Shown in pieces: positions 10,132-22,600 of a stretch of 64,000 bases of DNA. Below the pieces are notes generated by a model that did not search any database, was not told where the DNA came from, and worked only from the letters and a program-made list of their open reading frames with translations. The stretch is from Ylistrum balloti. Taxonomy: Eukaryota. Position 1 is the first letter of the stretch; the number at the start of each line of letters is the position of its first letter. Both the position numbers and the translations under genes were made by a program. The stretch covers positions 1,426,001 to 1,490,000 of the forward strand of contig NW_026781970.1 in the NCBI RefSeq assembly GCF_031769215.1, written 5' to 3'.

Positions 10132-13079
10132 TCTCGGCAGAGTACTTACGGTAAACGCTATTTAATTTTACTCCTGCCCTCATGCTATGCAGTTTCTGTT
10201 ATCATTAGACCCATGGACACTACGCATGTTTAGGTACTCAAATAATAACTGATTAAGTGATATATAAACATTATATTTAGTTAAAATATTTAAATGCCTG
10301 CCGTTATTGATGTATGAGTTACAAAATCATATTTGAGAAAGAAAACATAAATAACGAGATTCAAAAGATATCTTTAATAGATTTTATGATGTTGATTATA
10401 AGAGTAACGTTAATGAAACTTTTTGGGTTCAAAATATATTTACCATTTTGTAAGCTTTGGCATTGAAATTTCCCCTCACACATGCGTGAATCCTCACTCT
10501 GCTTCTGTAGCTATAGTTTGTTGTTATCGCCTCTGTTATCATTTTAAATTTCTTTGTGTATAGCCGTTTTTGTTGCATTTTGATCAAAACGGTGCAGTAT
10601 ACATGCACTATAATATCCATAGATGTTTTGGAATAATATTTTGAATATCCAAGAAAAAATTACGAGAAATTATTAGAAAAAGTAAGTGAAGAAATGGTGA
10701 TTCATAATGGAACTGCATAGCAAGTCTGTGAGAGTTAAAATTAAAAAGCTTTGCATGGTTGTTTTATTTCTGCCTAGTAGAGAGAGAGTAATTCGTTCAG
10801 TATTAGATCATATGGATGTTGATTTTTAGTTTCAGCATGACACTTCTTTTTGATTTCCTTGATATTGTTGTTATATATTGTGAATCATTTAACTTTCGCA
10901 AAATGAATTTCTGTAATTAAGTTCTTGACACAAACAATAATATCCATTGGGTGTCAATATGTGTTTTTCAATGATAATGCAATTCACTTATTCTTTTTGC
11001 AGATAATTAGATTAAATGAATTAAAACTAGTTTATGTAATTTCAAATTTAACCATCGATACGTACGCGCCACAAAAAATAAACCGTCGCTGTGATATGTT
11101 AAATAGCGACAACAATTGTTTTCATAGTGATTTGGGAAATATATTCCAAAGACAACATCGTTTCGAAACACCAAGGTTTCCATCTATTGTTGCCTATGTG
11201 TGTTATATTTATATCTAGTACTTGATCATGCATTTAGTACCGCGGACAAACCTAAATATCCTTATTGACACAAATTCGCTTCCATATACTCACATCCTAC
11301 ACACAAGTATGTTTGAAAATACGCTTATAAAATGAATACATTATCGCAATGTTCACAAGCATGCATCTTAAAGAAACGGAACACCACACGCTGTATTTTG
11401 TCCTGTGAGAGAGATTGGCTCACAGTTTATCATAGTAGCCAGTGTGTTTGACGAATAATAAGCATTCTCTTTGATCATTATTATGGGTGATCGATTTATT
11501 TGATGAATCAGCTAAAGCTGTTTATATAGGTCTTGACACACTTTTCTACGTCATCCGCACGAGGTTATCTTCTCTACATTTAATTGGTACTCTTCATCGT
11601 ACTCCATAACAAATATAAAAAAAAGATATACAGTATATTTGAGTCTTTTTTCCTTTATTCGAAATTATATATTTCATAATTTTTATCTGATTTGCATCAG
11701 TGATAAAAATAAACTAAAGATAATAATACCAGGTTCAGAAACAATGCGTTTTAACACAGGGTCTTCAGATATTTATACCAGTTCTACAACCAAGGTTGGC
11801 TTTTTATTAACGTTTTATTTTTACATTTTTTGTGTGACTAACAAGTCGCAAAATAGGGTAATGCTAAATGGTAATTTATTATTAAAATAACCTTAATCTG
11901 TGGTGGAAACATGTTGATATATGTTTCTATGTATTGGTGGATTAAGTTATACCCGAATTTATCTTATTCGTCCTACCTATCTCGTTATAACACACCGATA
12001 CATATATATAACCTATACTCAGTAAATAATCAGTGAGCAAATACAATATTTATACCGCTGTGTAAATAAAGCTTCTTGACCAATGTACATGTTGACAAAT
12101 ACTACCTAGGGTTACGAAATCTGAAACATAACGATCACAGAGACTTGTTGATTCAACCCGTCAATATTGTCATACTTTCGATATGACACTTTTATATTGA
12201 TTGTGATCATAATATTCAATAGGGTCGCATTCTACATTTTGAGCCAACCACATACAAATATCAGATTTACGAGAAAATGTAGGAAAATTGTAGTAATGCA
12301 AAAGTACAAACTAGATGCAACAAATCAATTACCATAAATAGTTACACAGAAATATTCATCACTTATTTCACGAGAAATTTATATTTTTGTTCTATATTGA
12401 AAACATTTGAAAGAAAACATTTGTCTTTTTTCGATTCTATTGTAGCACATTCTATCGGTCAATGCAGAACACAGTGTTAACCAACTACGAGAATCCAAAA
12501 TTTTTATATATAAATTTATATTAGTGATTTATTTCACTTAATCTTCACTTCAACACATTTACCCAAAGCCAGTAATTCTATCACAATATACACACAAGGA
12601 CAATATACTTACGATATAAAACATAAATGAACATTTTTCAGTTTTTGTTAGAAATTGAATTTTCTGTGTTATCACTGTCTCAAACGATAAAAATTCTTAG
12701 TCAATATTGGACCTGACTTTGTTTACTATGACTTTCGGCATTTACATTGTGTTTATTTACGCGGAGTTTGCGGTTAAAAGCCAGAAAATGAAATCAGAAG
12801 ATCGATCATTATTAAGTACATTTTGGTCTTGGAATGGTAATTTTCAAGATAGTTTGTTCCATGCGCTATATATTTATGGAAAGTATCAACATAGGATGCA
12901 TTATCTCATTCGGTGTATGATAAACTCGCCGTCAAAACTATGTTCTCATATACATGTATATATTTTGCAGATTATTATATTATAAAAAAGCACTAACAAA
13001 TTTATTTCATCTGCTGTTGATTTCTGTTATGGACTCGGTGATAAAGACATATTGTTACATTTATTTTCTTTAATTTCAG

Positions 13080-13244
13080 ATGAATTCCTTTGACATGGAG
13101 GATAACCATACGTATCATGAAGGCTATGGTAACGAGTGGATTCACCATGACCAGCTGCCAGATCATATGGATCATATGGACCAGTACTCAGACTCTGAGT
13201 TCCCTGAGACACCATCAGAAATGTCAAGCCCACTAAGCCAATAA
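13080..13244 (+). CDS. isl1: Islet terminal coding exon (54 aa plus stop; not in the ORF track)
   Basis: Strong acceptor TTATTTTCTTTAATTTCAG ends at 13079. Phase-0 frame reads MNSFDMEDNHTYHEGYGNEWIHHDQLPDHMDHMDQYSDSEFPETPSEMSSPLSQ*. The end FPETPSEMSSP resembles the vertebrate Isl1 C-terminus (LPDTPNSMVASP) as recalled. Confidence 0.85.
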   Translation: MNSFDMEDNHTYHEGYGNEWIHHDQLPDHMDHMDQYSDSEFPETPSEMSSPLSQ

Positions 13245-13625
13245 CACAGGATGTGTACCTTTTTTCGCGGGAAACATTTTGGAACTTTAATTCAAACATG
13301 GGAGGTTTGATTCTCAAATCAGGGACTAATGTTTCAAATGGTGGTTTATTTGGACCAAATTGTATGTGAATGGTATGTTATGAACTTTGATAGCGAGAGA
13401 GAAAAAGACACTCATTTAAATGCTTGATCTCTCGTAATTATAATTTGTGTTTTACAAACGCAGATCTGATCCTGGTTTATATGTAAATGTTGTGGTTGTC
13501 ACGTGATTGTGAAATTTACTGTCGTTTTGTGTATAGCTGAATTTCACATGAAGTAACGCTGTACATAGACTATGATATGTGTGGAAGATTCGGAGACATT
13601 CTACAAATTTCATTCTCTTTACTGG

Positions 13626-13631
13626 AATAAA
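13626..13631 (+). terminator. Proximal polyadenylation signal candidate (AATAAA)
   Basis: First AATAAA after the Islet stop. No clear U/GU-rich downstream element. Confidence 0.3.
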
Positions 13632-14753
13632 ATCCCACTGATATGGAAAAGACACAAACACCTGGATAATGCTACTTCCAGGAAAGCCGACAATTCACAG
13701 GACGTGTATAAGACACAAGGATAAATTACAAAGTAGCCATTTAAACTCGCACATTCATGGAATATTTGCGAGAACTGTGGACAAAATGTATATAATATGC
13801 TAATTGTATACAATTGAAATGTTATTGCATAGAATAGGTTACATAAAGAACGGACATTGTAGACTTAATACAGAATTATTTGAATCAAATTCATTTTATC
13901 TACTTCCGATTCAACGTTTTATAGTCTTGGAATGTTTAGTTGACTTTTCAATATAGGATAATTTATTTTTCTTTGTGCACAAAGCACCTTGCATTTTAGA
14001 AGTTATTTGTTTAACAGGGCATGACCGATACATCTGAAACGAATGAAATATACAAACGCTGTTATTAATAATTTACTCCTCGTCATGTTAATGGAAATGT
14101 TAAAAAAAACTAAAATATCAAAAAACACTACAATTAGACAATGGTTTCTTTTACGTATGGTATTTTTGAAAGTATCACATTGGTATGGTATCATTGTGAT
14201 AGGGGTGTCGGGATGCATCAGTGTTACCCAGTATATATAACGAATGTACTATATTGGTATACGTTTAATAATGTATTTCATGGATACAAGTTTGGGAATG
14301 AATCATAGTGATATATTTTTCCGGAAATATCAAAGCAACATTTTTTTTTCATTATGTATTACATAGATTTTTTCGCATGAACCAGAGCGGTATGGTTTTC
14401 CGCGCGTATTACAGTGATAAGGGTCTCTGAATGTAGAATGTATCGGTTAAAGCCAAGTAGAAAAGTTAACAAATTTTGTGTTATGATTTTATCACAATGG
14501 CTTGTGTAATGTTTCCAACACAGGTATAAGATGTGGTATATTGTCACACAGACACATACATAAACTACAGCGATGAAGGCATTTTGTGTAGTATCATTTC
14601 ATACATAAGGTTTCTGTGTGGTGAAATATGGCATACAAAATTTGCTTTCCTCTATTGTTTGAAAATTTATATATTATACATCACGGAGTTTTTTCGTGGA
14701 TCGCAAATTTACTATATATTAAAAGGATTTAAATCTATTTATTATTATTTATT

Positions 14754-14759
14754 AATAAA
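14754..14759 (+). terminator. Distal polyadenylation signal candidate (AATAAA), implying a 3' UTR of about 1.5 kb
   Basis: AATAAA with a U-rich, ATTTA-containing upstream stretch and GTGTTTTCGTTTTATTTTT about 25-40 nt downstream. Confidence 0.45.
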
Positions 14760-15404
14760 ACGTAAATGTGAAACAAATGCAAGTGTTTTCGTTTTATTTT
14801 TAAACGAAGAAATCACTACAAAACAATGCAAGTTGCTGTGGAATATACAGAGGCAGCATATAAATTTGCAAAATATGTCTTTCATTTGAATAACTTATTT
14901 GTTGAAGAAGTTATGTCCGGAAATACCTTACAAAATCTATTCAGCTTACTGGTATTTTGATTCATGAACTCAAAAAGTATGCAGCCATGACCTTAATCGT
15001 TGATTAACATCACGTGCATTATTGGTTCGTTTGACACCTTTGCCAATTAATTTTCTATGTCTAAAATACTACGTATATTTGTACCTACATATATTAATGT
15101 AATATGTTAATAATAGTCAACAATTTGATGAAGTTTATATCGAAGTTGGGGTTCTTATCCTTTCGGAATTTCTCATGATACCAACGACTATCTGTGCAAT
15201 GTCTGACAGCGTATGTGAATATATATATATATATCAACGCATATGTACATCATTACCCGATGATTCTTCAAAACGTCTCCGACAAGCAATATCTGTCTCG
15301 ATCAGCTCATCAGTGATATCCATAACCTTACCGAGTCAGTCTTAAAAGAGGGCTGAACTCCTAGGAATCAATACACTGAAGTACCTTCCAATGTAGCATA
15401 GGGA

Positions 15405-16690
15405 GATAACATGTACTTTTGTGTCTACCACATGTGCAGGTATAACATGTACTTTGTGTCTACCAAATGTGTAGGTATAACATGTACTTTGTGTCTACCA
15501 CATGTGTAGGTATAACATGTACTTTGTGTCTACCACATGTGTAGGTATAACATGTACTTTGTGTCTACCACATGTGTATGTATAACATGTACCCTTGTGT
15601 TCACACATGTGCAGGTATAACATGTAGCCTTGTGTCTATCACATGTGCAGGTATAACATGTACCCATGTGTCTACAACATGTGCAGGTATAACATGTACC
15701 CTTGTGTCCACACATGTAGGTATAACATGTACCCTTGTGTCTACCACATGTGCAGGTATAACATGTACCCTTGTGTCCACACAAGCAGGTATAACATGTA
15801 CTTTTTTGTCTACCACACCTACAGGTATAACAGGTACATTTGCGTCAACCACACATGCAGGTATAACAGGTTCTATTTTGTCTACCACATTACAAGTATA
15901 ATAGGTACTTTTGTATCTACCAAACATGCAGGTATAACATACTTTTATATTTACCACAAACGCAGCTATAACATGTACTTTTGTGCCTACCACAAACTCA
16001 GGTATAACAGGTACTTTTGTATCTACTAAACATGCAGGTATAACATGTACTTTTGTGTCTACCACACACTCAGGTATAACGTGTACTTTTGTGTCTACCA
16101 CACGTGCAAGTATAACATGTACTTCTGTATCTACCAAACATGCAGGTATAACATGTACTTTTGTGTCTACCACACATTCAGGTATAACGTGTACTTTTGT
16201 GTCTACCACACGTGCAAGTATAACATGTACTTCTGTATCTACCAAACATGCAGGTATAACATGTACTTTTGTGTCTACCACACACTCAGGTATAACAGGT
16301 ACTTTTGTGTCTACCACACACTCAGGTATAACAGGTACTTTTGTGTCTATCACACGTCCAATATAAGATGTACTTTTGTATCTACCAAACATGCAGGTAT
16401 AACAGGTACGTTTGTATTTATCATACACGCAGGTATAAGCTGTACTTTTGTATCTACTTAACATGCAGGTATAAGATGTACTTTTGTGTCTACCACACCT
16501 ACAGATATAACATGCACTTTTGTGTCTACCACACATGCTGGTATTACATGTACTTTTTTTGTCCACCACACATGCAGGTATAACATGTAACACACACTTT
16601 TGTATTTACCAAACACGCAGGTGTAACATGTACTTTTATGTCTACCACACACGCAGGTATAACATTTACTTTTGTGCCTACCACACATGT
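15405..16690. repeat. Minisatellite, 35/36-bp unit, about 36 copies (consensus GGTATAACATGTACTTTTGTGTCTACCACACATGCA)
   Basis: Unit starts read directly: 15439, 15474, 15509, 15544, 15579, 15614 (35-bp spacing), then mostly 36 bp. A 108-bp three-unit duplication spans 16037-16144 and 16145-16252 with 1 mismatch. Confidence 0.97.
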
Positions 16691-19600
16691 AAAAATGCCA
16701 TTATATATGAATATTTTATGAATAATTTTAGTACCGCATGATGCCTTGAAAACATCTAAAATGTTTTAACTTTTTGTTATATCTCGCTTCAGCTCAGGTT
16801 TCAGCTGTGTGGAAAATCTTCATTGCTGAAGCGTTGAATATGTTAATGGTAAACAAATATACTTAGTACACTTACTGCCTCAATTTCCCCAAGATAATAG
16901 ATAATGATATATTAATATTCTATTGAATTCCATTTTTTACTAAATGTTTGACTTCACATTTTGAAAGAACTTAATACCTGTTTTCCTGAGCGTATCAGTA
17001 CACCATATCCATGCATTATACATTCACACGTTCAATGGAAATTCTTTTCTTGGCATTGTTCAAGATTGCATTAAAAAGATAAGTTCAATTATAACCATAC
17101 TTTCAACACTGTACCACAGGGACCATTCCCGTATGGTGATAGTTTATTGATGTTTGTTTGTATTTCATCAATATTCCTAAAATTAATTTATCAAAGTTCA
17201 AGAGAACGATAATTAAATGGATGTTTTATAATTAAACGTAATCTAAAAAAAGACGTATCAAGCCATATTCTTATTTCATGGTATTTATAGAATATTTCAT
17301 AACATTTGAAGCTGAATGCATTCAACTGCTCAAAGCTGTTGACACAATGTATTAACATCGTTAATTAGAATCGATTTTCTATGAGCATGTAACCGTGTGT
17401 GCACCTAGAATTATGTACCTAGAAATTCTAACATATAAAATATTTTATCAAATAAAACTTGAAATAAGCTTGAAACATTTGTTTTCATCAATAGTTAAAC
17501 TGACCCTATTATAGATGATTAATGATTAGTGTCTGATTTAAACGTCAGAATAAAAGCGACTGAGTTTTCAGTTTTGATTATCAATTTTTAACAACTAGGT
17601 TTGTGTTGTCCTTTTTAAAGTAAAACAGGACTATAATGGTATTTTCAGATGACTTAGAAGCGGAAGTAGAAACCTTGACCTACGAGGGTTTCCGAGATAA
17701 TTTCAAGAAAACAAGACATGTTGACAAGAAGTTCTATATAAAGTTTTAGATGATACTGTTACAATTACATACAAAACATAAGTTGTTATTCAATTACATG
17801 ATGTTCATAAACGTGTCCTACTTACATATGTTCCTTGTCTAAAATGGTACCATGTTCACATCAATTAAAAAGGAAGAAAAGTCGTTATAATTTTCTAGGG
17901 CAATAGGACTAACTAAATATGTAGGTTTTTTTTTTAGAGAAATACTTTTTATGAAACAGGAATTTGTTTTACTTACTTACCACTTATAAATGTTGCTTAA
18001 GAAGGTACAAAATGAAAAAAAACTCTAAAATTATCTAATATACATGCAGAATGTAAAATAACATCAGGTGTTAAATTAGGCATGGTGATTATTTCGGTTT
18101 TTACGCCTATTTCATAATTTTATAAGCAAAATATTATCTTAGCATTGGTCACATGCTTTTCGTCTTAACTGTAACAACTGTAAGGGATGCGATATTCTAT
18201 GGACAGGAAGGTATATTCTTAGATTGATTTTCATGAATTAAGTGAAATAAGATATTAAGCTATTGAATATTTCTCAAAAGTAGGCAATACAATTCCAATG
18301 AATTCTTGCTACAGCAAAACGATTTAGGCGACATGCATTCCAGCAGGTATAAATATATTTGGTGCAATAATGATTTTTTTTAAGAATCACTTTTCCATTT
18401 GTCAGCAGATTAGCTTTACAGCAAAAAGTGATAAACCGTGCACCGCATGATGGGTTTTGTACTCAAGAATGAAACTGCAACATAAAAAAATAAACAAACA
18501 TCATATTTATGTCATTAACATGCGTCATATCGAACGAATATCATACAAAAAACGACTGTAAGCTTTGTAGTAAACATGATGAACTGATATAACAAAAATT
18601 ATTTTGAATATATATATCCCGGGTGTTTGCTTAAATATCGTTTCAAATTTCTATCCTTTTCATCAACATTTTCTGGTAAATATTATAACATTATTTGGTC
18701 CTATGACGGAATAGATAATAATTCGATGTTTATGTCTTCTGTTTGTAACACCTAAGTAACGAACATGAGTAATTTGTGACGCGGACTTGTGCTACTAAAG
18801 TTCATTGGTAAATATGCACCATATTTCAATATAGCGTGTAGTAAATTGGTGGAATGCTGTCAGCTATTGAGCTATTGATGAATTTGCTGTGGAAATTCAG
18901 AAAACGCAGCTGAATCACAGACGTTTCATCTGGATATCATAGGATGAGGTACAAAATTAACATTTCCATGCATTTATACGAACTTATTTTTGGAAAAGAT
19001 CAAACATACAAAATTTAAAAATTGAACGGATGAGTTGTTAATTTAACCTTTGAATAACAATCATTGCATTTATTCGAATATTCTAATGAAGTATGAAATC
19101 GAGGCAGCTAAATGGTAACGATACTCTCTGATTAAAGATAATCGATTTACAGAAAATACGTAAGATAGCGCATGACCCAAAATAATATTTAAAATATTGC
19201 TGGAGTGTATTTGTCATCTGCCAGACGTCCACTGAATCTCTTCTTCCATTGGCCTAACGTAAGGTGCATAAATATACACAGCGCTTCCCTTGAATCGATA
19301 ATAGCAGCCCAATAGCTGCGCTGGTTTCCGGTGCTAGGTCGTCGCGTTAACCTGAAAACATTAAATGCATACTATATCATATAAATGATAGACTTCCATA
19401 GATAAAGATTCAGTCGCGACGTTTTAGATTTGTAATATCCTTTACATAAAAATAATGTAATATTTACAAATATCAGCTATGGATTCTTGCAAGTGCAATA
19501 CAAGGCATGACGCTTCCAGGTCAAAGTGTATCGTAATTAGTCGCAGGTTTCATTTTGATGAGGAAGTTGTGTAACAACAATATATATACAAGACAATTAG

Positions 19601-22600
19601 AGTAATCATTGTATTTTAGCGCATTATTTTTACGGTGCAAAGAGCTGTAAAAAAAAATTATGGCTAAGCTTTACATGTTTATAGTATTGTAGTCAAAGTT
19701 ATTTTTACATCATAAAAATATGCATACCTGTTTGTATGTAATGTATATAAAAGAATATACTTGTGCCGAACATTATAATTGCGCGATTGAATTATAAGGT
19801 ATCAGTATTAAGGTACAAAGCATATCTTACCATTTTTTATCTTAAAAGTGTAGATTGTTTAAACGAGATTCATAAGAATTGATTTGATGGACGAATACAA
19901 AGTCAGCAACACTGCTGTTCACATTCCAGAAAAAAGAATTATTCGATTCGGAGTGGAGATTTTGACTGTATAGGAGTCAATAGAATGCTTTGTGGTTCTC
20001 TATAGTTTTCACTAGACAAAGAGATACAACAATGATTGAAGTTAAATCACTATGTGTTTAATACCAGAACTGTGACGTGTTACTGACAGGTCCGTTTGTA
20101 TGGAATCGTCTGTCAAAGGGAAAAAAATCAATCACTCAATAACTTAATAATTGACTGTTTGTACAAATGAGATTTCATCATTGTTATGGTATTGAATTTT
20201 ATTCCTAACATAGAAGGCATCTCAGATACAGCAATCTCTGCTCTCCTACGTCCATCGATTGCTCCTTAGAGACAAAAGAGGCTTGAAAAGGGAGAGAATC
20301 ATTTCAACTCGTTAACCTCTAACTTGAGCATACTCTAGTGTCAACAACCGGAAATGCTTTGAAAATGGGTGTGTGGTTCCGGAAGTGTAAGGAAACGACT
20401 CAATTCTATAGGTGCCAAAACGAAGTAAATATTTTATACACAATGCAGGTAGTACCAGAACAATGTGATCCTTTTAACAACGGTCTGACAGTCGAAGGTG
20501 TCAATAAAGGAAGCTTAATCGATAAGTTGGTGTTTCATTCTTAAGTAAACAGTAAAATTGTCTTATATCATCATCAAAAACATCAGAGATGGCGAAAGAC
20601 ATACCGTATAAAATTATATCTGAATAAAATTGTATACTTTAATAGTGCATGTGGATTAAATTTATTGGGTTTACAATTATTTATAAATAATAAACTTAGT
20701 GGCAGATTTGATCAATATCAACGTTAAGTGATAGAAACCGTCAAAAAAATCAATAAAAAGATAGAAGCATGCTTATTTGTAACACTTATTCGCAGGAATT
20801 GGGATAGTCGTGCTAATCTGTAGCAATGTCTTATTTTTTATTTATAATAAATTATATTAAAAACTATAATTAGATCTGCTCTCAAAACAATTTATCGAGC
20901 TATGTTAGTTCAAACCTAACAAAGTCTATCATCCATTACATTCACAAAGAGGCAATTTATAAGCCTTTCTGAATTCGAAATGCTGTGATGCCTAAATGTC
21001 TCGACGTCAAGGTGGCAATCTCAAACGTGGCAATGTCAAGGTGACAAGGTCAAAGACTTATAGATGGTTACATTGACACATTTTGACTGTTTTTACTTTC
21101 ATAATGTGTCATCTAAGTGTTTTGTTAAAATGATACACATATACCTTCATGGTTCTGATATTTCAGATTTAAGTAACCATGGTTTTTCCCTAATTTTATT
21201 GGTTTTTGATTTACATCACTAAACAAACCATGCATTTCTCTATCTTATCTCCAATATATCTGTTTTCAGTGATATTATTCCTACCTCGAATATACCTAAA
21301 CATAAACCCCTTTATGATATAAATCGTTATTTATGTAAAAATGATATTTAACCGTAACTTATTTTTGATGGCAGAATTGGAATTATTTCATTCCTTTATT
21401 TTTATTTTTTCTAAGAATGGTCGAATGCCTCATTTCAATATTACATCTTACAAGAACATCCAATATTCACAAGTACGGCTCAATTGAGTAGCCACTCCTT
21501 GTCTTTAACATCCAGGAAATAGCATGTATTTTTGTGTCGGCATATTACCCTTATTAGAGAAACTCAAGGTTTCAGCTTTATCTTCAGGTTCCATTTCTTA
21601 ATATTTTCTAATAAACATTATGCCTGTGAAAAGTATAAGAGTTAAATGTGATAGAAATAAATGTACAGTGTGTTGTTGCAATTATATTGCGTAAAAAAAT
21701 ATTAGTTAATATCCTATTTCAGGCACTAACATGTTTTGTGCAAATTTATGTTTGACGCTTTTGAATGTTTTGTAAAGAGCAGAAATTTCCTTAAGAGTTG
21801 TACAAAAGACACGCGTATATAAGCAACTTTGGTTACAAATTATGAATTAGATACATTATAACCAAAAATGAATTACGCTGCATTATATAGCTGCTTCAAC
21901 ATTCTAGGACTCGTCAGTGATTGTAAGGCCTAATATTCGATGTCTAGTGGTCGACTGAAAACAGGCATGTATCTTTGTACTTACTGACTTTCTTTATGTG
22001 AGGAATTCTATCTAAATTTATAAATTAAAACATGAAATTTGTAGGGATTATAATTTCGACGATTCTGCAGCGCCTTAATGGCGAGAAGAATGTTTTTGGA
22101 AAATAATAAAATAAGCTGTGTATAGCATATTTTTAATGGAAGCATCAAATATGGTGTGAACTTGTCGTAAATTCTGAAGTTTGAATGTAGGAAAAACACT
22201 CAGTCACATACACACCGAACCAGTAGAAATAATTCAAAATTATTGACAGATAGACACATGGGTAAATATTCGACTCCTGCTGGCCAATGTTGACATGGAT
22301 ATTCATACACGTATTTCAATTCGGTGGAATCCTGTTTACATTATCTTATACAACAAATGCGATAAAGCCAATATTGATTAAAATGTGTCAGTGATAGACA
22401 CACGTGAAAGATTTTCACGGAACAAATTCTGACATTTCAAACATTGACATACCTCTAGTATACACCAGGTAAGACGCACGGGCCGGCTCCATAAACAAGT
22501 ACCAAGGGAATTTTGTTTAAACATTTGCACTCTACACCCGTTAGAATATCTATAAAATATTCCATTGATATAAATAATTTCAATGTTTGCTTTTCCTCTT

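Noticed and set aside
13027-13317. Minus-strand 96-aa ORF
   Set aside because: It is the antisense shadow of the Islet terminal exon.
15275-15320. Hammerhead-like motif on the minus strand (CTGATGA-GCTGATC-GAGA...GTC)
   Set aside because: The invariant GAAA is GAGA, stem II is a single pair, and stem I pairs at only about 3 of 6 positions.
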